Below are positions 53,305 through 64,000 of a stretch of DNA of 64,000 nt, piece by piece. The number at the start of each line of letters is the position of its first letter. The stretch's first letter is position 1. The notes under the pieces were generated by a model. It saw nothing but the letters and a program-made list of their open reading frames with translations, had not been told where the DNA came from and did no database searches. The position numbers were made by a program, and so were the translations under genes. Source of the DNA: an uncultured Planctomycetota bacterium (lineage in GTDB: Bacteria; Planctomycetota; Planctomycetia; Gemmatales; Gemmataceae); contig CAWKHF010000011.1 in NCBI GenBank assembly GCA_963849325.1, positions 64,001-128,000 on the forward strand, in the 5' to 3' direction.

Positions 53305-53710
53305 GGGCCCGCTGAGGTGTGGAACAAATCCCGGCTTGCAAGCAAGCCGCAACGCTCAGCACCGTATCAGCCGAAATCCAGCCAGGCAACGGGTTTCGCG
53401 GAAACCATGTGGCGTTTCGACTGGGACACCTCCTGTTTACCTCGGCCAGGAGTCGGCTTGCGGGAGACGGGATCGGGGAACACGAAATCGTTCTTTTTGG
53501 GGGAGGGCGTTGGCCACCCAAATCCGTATGTGCCGAAATCCCCTCGAGCAAACCTCCTCGTTGTTGCCCGCCCTGCGGCCCAGAGCCAGCAGAGCTTCCC
53601 GACCCACAGGCCGCGAGAAGAGCAGATGAGACGGCCTACGGGCCAGAATCTTGAAGTGCGCCTTCTAGTGCTCAACGCCTCGCGGCGTCACTGGGTGAAG
53701 TAGTCTACAA
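53305..53710 (-). ncRNA. Candidate structured non-coding RNA or long 5' leader (family not recognised)
   Basis: Follows a sigma70 promoter; consecutive hairpins with G-U pairs on the minus strand; no convincing ORF. Confidence 0.5.
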
Positions 53711-53716
53711 CCTCAC

Positions 53717-53745
53717 CTTATACCCCCGTACCCCCAAGTTGTCAA
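53717..53745 (-). promoter_or_regulatory. Near-consensus sigma70 promoter
   Basis: TTGACA (53745-53740), 17-bp spacer, TATAAG (53722-53717). Confidence 0.8.
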
Positions 53746-53777
53746 CCATCAAATTTCTTTTTTTCGGCGCGGCGAAA

Positions 53778-53836
53778 GTAGGTGCCGCGAGCCGAGCAGT
53801 ATTTGGAGGCCGACTCGCTCGGCTCGCGGGGTCTAC
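53778..53836. repeat. GTAG-type REP palindrome
   Basis: Shares GTAGGTGCCGCGAGCCGAGC with 35719. Confidence 0.8.
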
Positions 53837-53936
53837 CGCCGGCTGGTTATTCTTCTTCCGTGTCCCGATCACGGGCGTTAGGATCAAGACAGTGGCAAAG
53901 GTTCGTTTGGGGGCCGTTCGTCGAAGGAGAATCCTG

Positions 53937-55322
53937 ATGAGCCATCAGGGGGCGCTCACCCGGGTTGTGCCGATTCGCGCCGGCAACTCACGCCGAATCG
54001 CCGGAGTTTCCTGAAAGCCGGTGTCCTCGGCAGCGCCGGACTCAGCCTTGGCGAACTTCTGCGTCAGGAGGCGCGAGCGGTCATCTCCACCACCTCCGGG
54101 CGCAAACCGTCGGTCATCATCCTGTGGATGCGCGGCGGTCCCAGCCACATCGACATGTGGGACCCCAAGCCAGACGCCCCGGTCGAGTATCGCGGCGAGT
54201 TCGGCGTTACGCCGAGCAAGGTGCCCGGCATCCTCCTGGGCGACCTGCTGCCGATGTCCGGCCGGATCATGGAGAAGTGGTCCATCGTCCGCAGCCTCCA
54301 CCACCACGACGCCGGCCACTCCACCGGCGATCAGATTTGCTTCACCGGCTATCCCTCCGGCCCCAACCCGGACGAGAACGTCCATCCCAGCTGCGGCTCG
54401 ATCGTCGCCCGGCAGCTCGGCCACGAAGATCCGCGTCTGCCGGCCTACGTGATGATCCCGCGCATGGTGCCGGGGACGGGGCCGGCCTATCTCGGCGTGG
54501 CGAACAAGCCGTTCGAGACGCTGGCCGATCCGGCCCAGCCGGGCCCGTTCCGCATGCCCAATTTCGCTCTGCCGGCCGGCCTGACCCTGGAGCGTCTCGG
54601 CGAACGTCGCCAGCTGCTCGGCGAGCTTCGATCGCCTGCGCCGCGACGTGGACGCCGGCGGACAGATGAACGCCCTGGACCGCTTCCATCAGAAGGCGTG
54701 GGACATCCTCACGTCCGCCGCCGCACGCGATGCCTTCGACCTGGACAACGAGCCGATGGCCGTCCGCGAGCGTTACGGCTTTCTGCCGCCGTTCGATCCC
54801 GGCGCGTCCAACCGCTGCGGCGCGCCGGCGTGGAGCCAGCGCATCCTGCTGGCCCGCCGCCTCGTCGAGGCCGGCGTGCGCCTGGTCACGGTCGATCTGC
54901 GCTGGTGGGACACGCACGTCAAGGGCTTCGAGTCGCTGCGTCTGGGCTTCCTGCCGCGCTTCGACCGGGCGTACACGGCGCTGATCGAGGACCTGGAGCA
55001 GCGCGGCTTGCTGGAATCGACGCTGGTGATCGCCTGGGGCGAGTTCGGCCGGACGCCGCGCGTCAACAACGACGCCGGCCGCGATCACTACCCCAACGTC
55101 TTCAGCGCCGCCCTGGCGGGCGGCCCGGTCAAGGGCGGCCGGGTGGTCGGCGAGTCCGACGCGAAGGGGGCGTTCCCGAAGACGAACCCCAAGACGCCGC
55201 AGGACGTGCTCGCCACGCTGTATCAGCACCTCGGCGTCGATACCGAGCAGCAATACCTCAACAACACCGGCCGTCCCATCTCCGTCCTGCCCAGCGGCAA
55301 GCCGATCGAAGAGCTGACCTAG
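53937..55322 (+). CDS. DUF1501 domain protein (several frameshifts)
   Basis: RBS AAGGAG; Tat-like RREFLK, VIILWMRGGPSHIDMWDPKP, LLARRLVEAGV, WDTH, GEFGRTP, GRDHYP. Confidence 0.92.
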
Positions 55323-55344
55323 GACCAATCGAAAAACGCATTCC

Positions 55345-55411
55345 CGTTTCGCCGCGACGCGCAGCGGAGCGCGGGGCAATCCCGCGCTCCGCTGCGCGTC
55401 GCGGCGAAACG
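55345..55411. repeat. Perfect 31-bp-arm palindrome between convergent genes
   Basis: CGTTTCGCCGCGACGCGCAGCGGAGCGCGGG / CCCGCGCTCCGCTGCGCGTCGCGGCGAAACG. Confidence 0.9.
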
Positions 55412-55421
55412 AAAAGCCGAG

Positions 55422-56873
55422 CTACCATCCTATCTTCGGAAGGCGCTGGGCGAGCGAGATGAGGAAGTAGGCGGCGATACCGGCGAGGATGGCCAGCATG
55501 ATAATGCCCAGCGTGCCCATGCGCTGAAGGGTCGTGGCGGGCGCCGGCGCGGGCGTTTCAACCGTGGCCTCGTCGGCGTGCGCGTCCTCGAACTCGACTG
55601 GCGCCGGGAGCGGCGGTGCGGGAGCGTGTACGGCCGGTTTTTGGGCGTGCTCCGAGCGCGGCAGCTTGCCCGCCGGCACCGGCGGTCGCGGCGGCGACAA
55701 CGAACCGCCGCGCGGGCGCGGCAACTCCCGCGGCGCCGACGGTGCCACGGGTGGCGTGGCCGCGTCGAGCCGGCCGCCTTCCGGTCGCGGCAGCTTGACC
55801 CGCGGCATCGCCATCGTCGCCCGCCGTACCGGCACCGAATTGGCGCCGGCGAACGGTCGCAGCGCCTCCAGCAGCTCGGCGCAGCTGACGTAGCGGCTGG
55901 ACGGCGACTTCTGCATCAGCTTCTCCACCACCTCGATCAAACCGTCCGGCACGTCCGCGTTCAGTTCGCTGATAGGCGTTGGCTGCTTGTGCTGGTGGCT
56001 CATCATCTTTTCGACCGCCGTGCCGTCGGGGAACGGATAGCGGCCGACCAGGCAGTAATACAGCACGCAGCCGAGACTGTACTGGTCGCCGATCGGCGTC
56101 AAGTTGGTCGGGTCCATGATGCTTTCGGGACTGGCGCAATCCAGACCGCTATTGACCGAATTGGCCGTGGACATGGTATCGACCAGCGATTCGCCCTCGG
56201 TCTCGGCCAGGAGGCAGCCGATACCAAAATCGAGGATGCGCACCTGGCCGTCGGTGCCGACCATGAGGTTCGACGGCTTGAGCAGACCGTGAAACAGCCC
56301 TTGCTGATGGCACTGCTCCAGCCCCTCGGCCGCTTGCAGGAGGTACTGAGCGGCCTGCTCGGGGCTGAGCCGGCCCTCGCGTTCGACGACCTTGTCGAGC
56401 GTCTCGCCCTCGACGAGCGGCCAGGCCAGGTAGTGCATGCCGCCGGAGGTGCCGACGTCCACGAACGGTACGACCGACGGATGTTTGCACTGCTCGAAGG
56501 CGCGGACCTTGCGGCGGGCGATGCGCACGTTCCACATGCTGCGCCGCGGCAGCACCTTGACGGCGTACCAACCGCTGTCCGTCTTGGACTGCGCCTTGTA
56601 GACGGTGCCCATGCTGCCGCTGCCCAGGGCGTCCTTGAGGGTGAACGGCCCGAGTACGAAGCCCTGCGTCTTGCCTTGCAGCAGGCGCTCGGCCTGGAAC
56701 TCCGTCAAGACGCCCTGACCGATCAGGTACTCGGCCAGGGCCGGCGGCTCGGCGCCGGGGTTTTTGTTGAGGAACTCCCCGATGACCTGGTCGAGCTGGC
56801 CGCGATCGATCAAGTTGCTGCGGCGCAAGTCCCACACAAACCATTCGCAAGCCCCAAGGTCCGTTGTCAACAT
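55422..56873 (-). CDS. Ser/Thr kinase-like protein (probable pseudokinase) with C-terminal TM
   Basis: LGSGSMGTVY, YAVK and DFG present; catalytic loop reads HGLLKPSN. Confidence 0.9.
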   Translation of the reverse strand: MLTTDLGACEWFVWDLRRSNLIDRGQLDQVIGEFLNKNPGAEPPALAEYLIGQGVLTEFQAERLLQGKTQGFVLGPFTLKDALGSGSMGTVYKAQSKTDSGWYAVKVLPRRSMWNVRIARRKVRAFEQCKHPSVVPFVDVGTSGGMHYLAWPLVEGETLDKVVEREGRLSPEQAAQYLLQAAEGLEQCHQQGLFHGLLKPSNLMVGTDGQVRILDFGIGCLLAETEGESLVDTMSTANSVNSGLDCASPESIMDPTNLTPIGDQYSLGCVLYYCLVGRYPFPDGTAVEKMMSHQHKQPTPISELNADVPDGLIEVVEKLMQKSPSSRYVSCAELLEALRPFAGANSVPVRRATMAMPRVKLPRPEGGRLDAATPPVAPSAPRELPRPRGGSLSPPRPPVPAGKLPRSEHAQKPAVHAPAPPLPAPVEFEDAHADEATVETPAPAPATTLQRMGTLGIIMLAILAGIAAYFLISLAQRLPKIGW

Positions 56874-57114
56874 AGCGCGGCGTCCTTTGTAGGAATACGG
56901 AAGATCGGCGCGGGCGTACCAAATCCAAATTGCAGCGCGCTCGATGGCAGGGGATCGAGGGAACGGGACTGCAATGGGGTTGCCACTTCTCTAGCCGAAG
57001 AATGGGACACAAACGCGGCAGTGTCAAACGAGGCGGCGCTTCCCGCTCGCGGCGACATCTGCTATCTTGACCGCAACATTCGATCACCCGGTCCTGACTA
57101 ACAAGAAGGTCGTC

Positions 57115-59243
57115 ATGGCACAAGATCCCTACGAGCCGTGTACCTGCGGCAGCGGCAAGAAGTTCAAGTGGTGCTGTCAACCGATCTTCGTCGGCATCAA
57201 CCGGGCCTGGGAGCAAGAGGCCGCCGGCCAGCATGAGGCCGCCCTGCGCGTCCTGGATCAGGTCGTTCAGGAGCACGAGGGCAACCCGGAGGCGTGGGGC
57301 CAGAAGGCGCGTCTGCTGTTCAGCCAGGGCAAGGTCGAGGAGGCCGAGAACGCCTTGCAGAAGGCGTTCGACCTCAATCCGAACTACCCGGCCGGGCTGC
57401 TGCTGTGCGCCACCTTTCGTTTCCAGGAAGGCGAAGTGCCGGGCGCTTTGCTGCTGGCTCGGCGGGCCGCCGAAGCCTACGATCCCGAGGCGAGATCCTA
57501 CCTGGCCGAGGTCTATTACCTCATTTTCGAGTGCGAAATGCGCCAGAACCGGCCGGTAGCCGCCCGCGCCGCCCTGCGGTTAGTGGCGCACCTGGCGCCG
57601 GCGGAGGAAGACCTGCGCAAGTCCTTCGAGTCGCTGTTCGGTCCCGAGGGGCGGTTGCCGGCCGCGGCGCGGCGCGAGTACACCTTCCACAGTCCGGCCG
57701 CGGCGGCCGGACCAAAGCGGGCCGCCTGGGACCGGGCGCTGCACGACGCCGACACGCCGCGCCTGGGCGACCTCGTGCGCGTCTTCGAGCCGCTGACCCG
57801 CAACGACCCTGCCGACACGCCCGCATGGTTCAATCTCGGTCTGTCCCACGCCTGGCTGGGCGATAACCGAGCGGCGCTGGAAGCGCTGCGGTCCTACGTC
57901 GAGAGGGAGACCGACGAGAACGCCGCCGGCGAGGCGAGCGCCCTCATGGAAGTGCTGCGCTGTGGTCAGGGGTTGGAGGACGAGTGCGACTATCACGAGT
58001 ACGCCTTCGGCCACCAGTTCCGCGATCCGCAGCCGGTCGTCAATCTCTTGCAGGAGTGGGACCGGACTGGCCGACTCGTCGCCCTGCCCAGCCAGCAAGA
58101 GGGCATGTTCATGGGCCTGGTGCTGGAGATGACGACGGCGGCGCTCATCACCGTGGGGGCGCCGCCGGCCGACGCCGGCCGGCTGGGCGGTTACGTCGTC
58201 CTCATCGGCAATCTGCTGCAAGTGACCAGCCCGTTGAAGGAGCCGTTCGACCGCCTCCGCGACGAGGTGCGTCAGCGCCTGGCGCTGGGCCTGACCGATC
58301 TGCCGGATCGGCGGGCGCCGATTCAGTTTCAGGACGTGGTGGCCGACGCCCTGCTGTTCCCGCTTCAGCGCGCCGACGACAGCGCCGAGCGCGTGCGGAC
58401 CCACGCGCAGAAGCACTACGAAGAGATGTGGATTCACAAGCCGCGCCGTTCGCTGGCCGGCAACACGCCCGTGGACGCCGCCGCCCATCCGGTGCTGCGC
58501 AAGCACCTCCGCGGCGTCGTTCAGTTCATCCAGGATTGCGCCACGGTGGTATGATCGCCGACTACGACTTCGACCGGCTGCGCCGCAAGCTCGGTCTGCT
58601 CGATGGTGGGACCGGCGTCTCGCCGGTCGAGAAACAACAGACTGACGGGGCGCCGGTCCCAGCGGGCGCTCCCACCTTCGACGTTGCCGGCATGGGCAGC
58701 GCCGAATTGGCCGGCCTGGACGCGGCCAGCTTGACCGACGAGCAGCTGGAGCACGCCTACCAGGCGGCGGTCAAGCTCGACGCCGAGGAGTTGGCGGCTC
58801 ATTTCGCCAAGAACCTGATCGTCCGGCCGCCGCGCCCCGAGCATACGGATCGCTTCCCCTGGTACTCGTACTTGACGCAGTACGCCTTGAAGACCGGCGA
58901 CAAGGACGCGGCACTGGATTACGTCAATGAGGGCGAGAAGGTGGACTGTGAGCATAACGAGGGGCGTCGCCGCAACGATTACGAACTGCGTCGCGGCCAG
59001 GTCCATGTCAAACGCGGTGAGGCCGAGGCGGCGGCCGACGTGTTCGGACGGCTGATCGAGCGTGTGCCCACTAACTTCCGCTTTCGCGGCAGCGCCGCCG
59101 AGGCCATGCTGTCACTGCGGCAGGGCGACAAGGCGCTGCGCTTCGCCGAGGAAGGCGTGGCAGCAGCCCGGCAGGCCAACGACCGCGACTCCGAGCAATA
59201 CTTGTTGGAGCTGGCGGCGGCGGCAAAGAAACAGATGGGGTAG
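57115..59243 (+). CDS. SEC-C motif + TPR protein (frameshift ~58548)
   Basis: DPYEPCTCGSGKKFKWCC; TPRs; continues as YDFDRLRRKLGL in ORF 57984-59243. Confidence 0.88.
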
Positions 59244-59315
59244 AGAAAAGCCGCTGGCGGCTTGGTATTCTCCCCAGCCGCCAGCGGCGCCGAAAGACCT
59301 CTCACGGGACGAGAG

Positions 59316-60152
59316 ATGCACCCCTTACGCGGCAAGGTCGTCCTCATCACCGGCGGCTCGTCCGGCATCGGCCGGGCGACGGCCCTGCGCCTATCTTCTT
59401 TCGGCGCGCGCGTCGCCCTGGCGTCGCGTACCCCGGACGCCCTGGAGGAAGTCGCTCGGCAGATCAAGGCGCTCGGCGTTGAGGCGCTGACTGTACCCAC
59501 GGACGTGACCGACGTCGAGCAGTGTCGCCGGGCCGTCGAGAGGACCGCCGACCATTTTGGCCGTCTCGACGTGTTGTTGTGTTCGGCGGGCGTATCCATG
59601 CGCGGCATGTTCGCCGACGCGGAGCCGGCCGCCCTCGAACACGTCATGCGCGTCAACTTCTTCGGCACTCTCTATCCGACGTATTTCGCCGTGCCGCACG
59701 TCAAGCGCTGGCGCGGCTCGCTGGTGGCTATCAGCAGTCTGACCGGCAAGCGCGGCACGCCATCCTATGCCATTTATGGGGCCAGCAAGTTCGCCGTGCG
59801 CGGCCTGTACGACAGCCTGCGCCTGGAGTTGGCCTCCGACGGCGTACACGTCGGCGTCGTGTCGCCGGGCTTCGTGGCCACGCCGCTGCGTCAGCGCGTG
59901 CTCGACGCCAGCGGCCGGCCGTGGCCTAGCCCGCCGGTGCCGCCGTTCCGCGTTTGGCCGCTGGAAAAATGTGTCGATCGCGTTGTGCGTCTCCTCGTCA
60001 AGCGTCAGGCGCAGGCACTGCTGCCCGGATTCGTCGGCCCTTTGCTGGCCCTGGATGAAGTGACCGGCGGAAGGCTGGGCGACTGGTACCTGGGCGGCAA
60101 GTTCGACCCCGCCGATGCCACGCCTCCAGAAGATGATACGGTGAAACGGTAG
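59316..60152 (+). CDS. Short-chain dehydrogenase/reductase
   Basis: ITGGSSGIG, VNFFG, ISS, YGASK. Confidence 0.93.
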   Translation: MHPLRGKVVLITGGSSGIGRATALRLSSFGARVALASRTPDALEEVARQIKALGVEALTVPTDVTDVEQCRRAVERTADHFGRLDVLLCSAGVSMRGMFADAEPAALEHVMRVNFFGTLYPTYFAVPHVKRWRGSLVAISSLTGKRGTPSYAIYGASKFAVRGLYDSLRLELASDGVHVGVVSPGFVATPLRQRVLDASGRPWPSPPVPPFRVWPLEKCVDRVVRLLVKRQAQALLPGFVGPLLALDEVTGGRLGDWYLGGKFDPADATPPEDDTVKR

Positions 60153-60500
60153 GAATACCTCTCGGAGTCCACAGCGTAACAGCCGCTGGAATCGGCTCGC
60201 GTACCCCGCGGAATAATTATCTTTCCGTCAACTATTCGCTTGCCTTTCGGTCCTGGGCCTGCTACAACCAGACGCATTCCGGAGAAGGCCTTCGCCATTC
60301 TCGTATCCGTTAACACGATCGATTACACGTCCTGTCGTCGGGACGTGGCCTGGCTTCCGGAGTCACCCCAAGGAGACGCCTCATGTTCGCCTGGCTGAAG
60401 ACACGCACTTGCACCATCCGCAAAGACGCAAATTGCGACATTACCCCCCCCAACTCCTTTATTCTTTGGGCGCATCTCGTGGTCCGGATGGCTGCGGAGA

Positions 60501-62864
<2,364 letters not shown>

Positions 62865-62870
62865 GGGTTC

Positions 62871-62897
62871 GGCGGGGCCGGTTCCACCGGCCCCGCC
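62871..62897. terminator. GC-rich hairpin between convergent genes
   Basis: GGCGGGGCCGGT / ACCGGCCCCGCC; no U-tract, so it may instead be a REP. Confidence 0.5.
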
Positions 62898-63496
62898 TAT
62901 CTGGCCCACTGGATCACAATACGCTGCTTCAGACGGGCAATTTCAGCGCGACAGGCCGGGATTCGGACGGAACGCAGGTAGTTGATCCCCTCCCGATAGG
63001 ATGCGGCTTCCTGACGATCTCGACTGGTTTTAATGCGCTTTTCGAGATCGAGTATGCATTTTTCATGTATATGGACGCATTCCTCGCCCCACTTGATACC
63101 CTCCTCGCCGCCGCGGAGGCTCTCGCGGAGAAAGGCGTTGATGATAGTCACGCTCTCATCGCGCGTGCCGGCCCGAAAGGTAAAGCGGATGCGGCGTTCT
63201 TCGCCTTCTGCCGTGATGCGAATGTTTTTCGTCAGCCACGGGCGGGCATTCTCCATGCGAGCGACCGAGGGCAGCCTTCGCACCTCGGGAGAGGACATCC
63301 CGCACGTCGAAAGGGGGTGAGTCTGGGCCGCGATCACCCTCTGGCGATATTGTTCCGCCGTCTCCCCCTTGGGTGGCGGTCCGATGTCCAGGATCGCGTA
63401 AGGCTCGGGAGCCGGCGCGGCCAGCACGCTCATCAGTGGCAGCATGGCGAACAGCACCAAGGCGAACAGCATCAAGGCGGCAAGGCGGTAACGCAT
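62897..63496 (-). CDS. Hypothetical exported protein
   Basis: Signal peptide ending AAPAP; RBS GGAGG; C-terminal coiled coil. Confidence 0.75.
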   Translation of the reverse strand: MRYRLAALMLFALVLFAMLPLMSVLAAPAPEPYAILDIGPPPKGETAEQYRQRVIAAQTHPLSTCGMSSPEVRRLPSVARMENARPWLTKNIRITAEGEERRIRFTFRAGTRDESVTIINAFLRESLRGGEEGIKWGEECVHIHEKCILDLEKRIKTSRDRQEAASYREGINYLRSVRIPACRAEIARLKQRIVIQWAR

Positions 63497-63674
63497 GGCG
63501 GATCCTCCGGTAGAGAGACAAATTGATCCCCCTGCTTGTACCCGGACGTTCTTGCGCTGTCAACCGTTGTGCGGACCTGCCTTCCCGAAGGCCGACAGCC
63601 GGCGTCAACCGGCTGATAGGGTCGGCCAGCCGGCTCATGCAGAAAGCTGTCCGCGAGAGAAAGTCCACCTTCGC

Positions 63675-64000
63675 TTACGCTTCCGGCTCGGATGAAATGG
63701 TTTTTTCCGCTGGGATGCCGGCCGCCGTCAACGAGGTCCACGACGGCGGATCGCTGGCGGGGAACGAATCCACCGAGGCGTCGTCCACCCGGCTTGCGTC
63801 TGTGCCGGATGCCGGCGACGAACCTTCCTGATTCTGCCGCACCGCCCGCATCAAGTCATCGGCCACGCGATCCAGGGCACCCTGGACATCCGCATCGCCC
63901 GCCTCGGCCGTCAGCGTCGCGGAAGGCAGAGGCAGGACCGCCCTCACTTCATAGCGATTCGCCTCCGGCCGATGCTGGACCCGGAGATCGAGCCGCGGTT
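63675..64000 (-). CDS. 3' part of an HPF/RaiA-like domain protein with a VDDAS..SFPASDPPSW tail
   Basis: YEVRAVLPLPSATLTAEA...ALDRVADDL resembles the HPF fold; the start lies beyond the window. Confidence 0.6.
   Translation of the reverse strand, partial: PRLDLRVQHRPEANRYEVRAVLPLPSATLTAEAGDADVQGALDRVADDLMRAVRQNQEGSSPASGTDASRVDDASVDSFPASDPPSWTSLTAAGIPAEKTISSEPEA

Noticed and set aside
53321-53340. RNase P RNA suggested by ACAAATCCCGGCTT
   Set aside because: No GAGGAAAGTCC partner upstream (that region is Hsp70 coding), and the promoter and G-U pairs favour the opposite strand.
53367-53675. Small ORFs upstream of Hsp70-B
   Set aside because: Non-ATG starts, no clear RBS and no protein-like composition; RNA structure explains the region better, though a small ORF is not excluded.

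Overview
GC-rich bacterial DNA with Planctomycete (Gemmataceae-like) hallmarks: DUF1559, DUF1501, LEPR-XLL-type N-termini, ECF sigma/Ser-Thr kinase pairs, 'DLYGDPLPPGAVARLG' WD40 protein. About 20 genes are split by 1-bp indels, some in homopolymers. I treat these as uncorrected long-read errors and have joined genes by hand, so joined ends are approximate. Layout: (1) 1-17.8 kb, minus-strand surface polysaccharide locus (NusG/RfaH paralog, WecA-like initiator, GME-like epimerase, Wzx, Wzy-like, six GT4s including one partial, four methyltransferases, O-acyltransferase). (2) 18.5-23.0 kb, divergent DltD/SGNH-like + MBOAT + FAAL + ACP acylation cassette. (3) 23-39 kb, TnpB relic, signalling genes, recQ, ECF sigmas. 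(4) 39.4-53.7 kb, the best candidate for an undescribed system: a co-oriented locus with two non-canonical Hsp70s, GrpE, an HPD-less J-like protein, three TPR proteins (two with predicted membrane anchors) and a WD40 protein, downstream of a near-consensus sigma70 promoter and a ~400-nt highly structured non-coding region. (5) 54-64 kb, DUF1501, pseudokinase, SEC-C/TPR, SDR and a (Pro-Thr)59 exported protein. The window is dense in palindromic repeats, including a MITE family with TWA target duplications whose ends carry different hairpin cargo, and several repeats translated in frame inside proteins. No rRNA, tRNA or CRISPR array was seen. All product calls come from motif recognition by eye; no database search was run.
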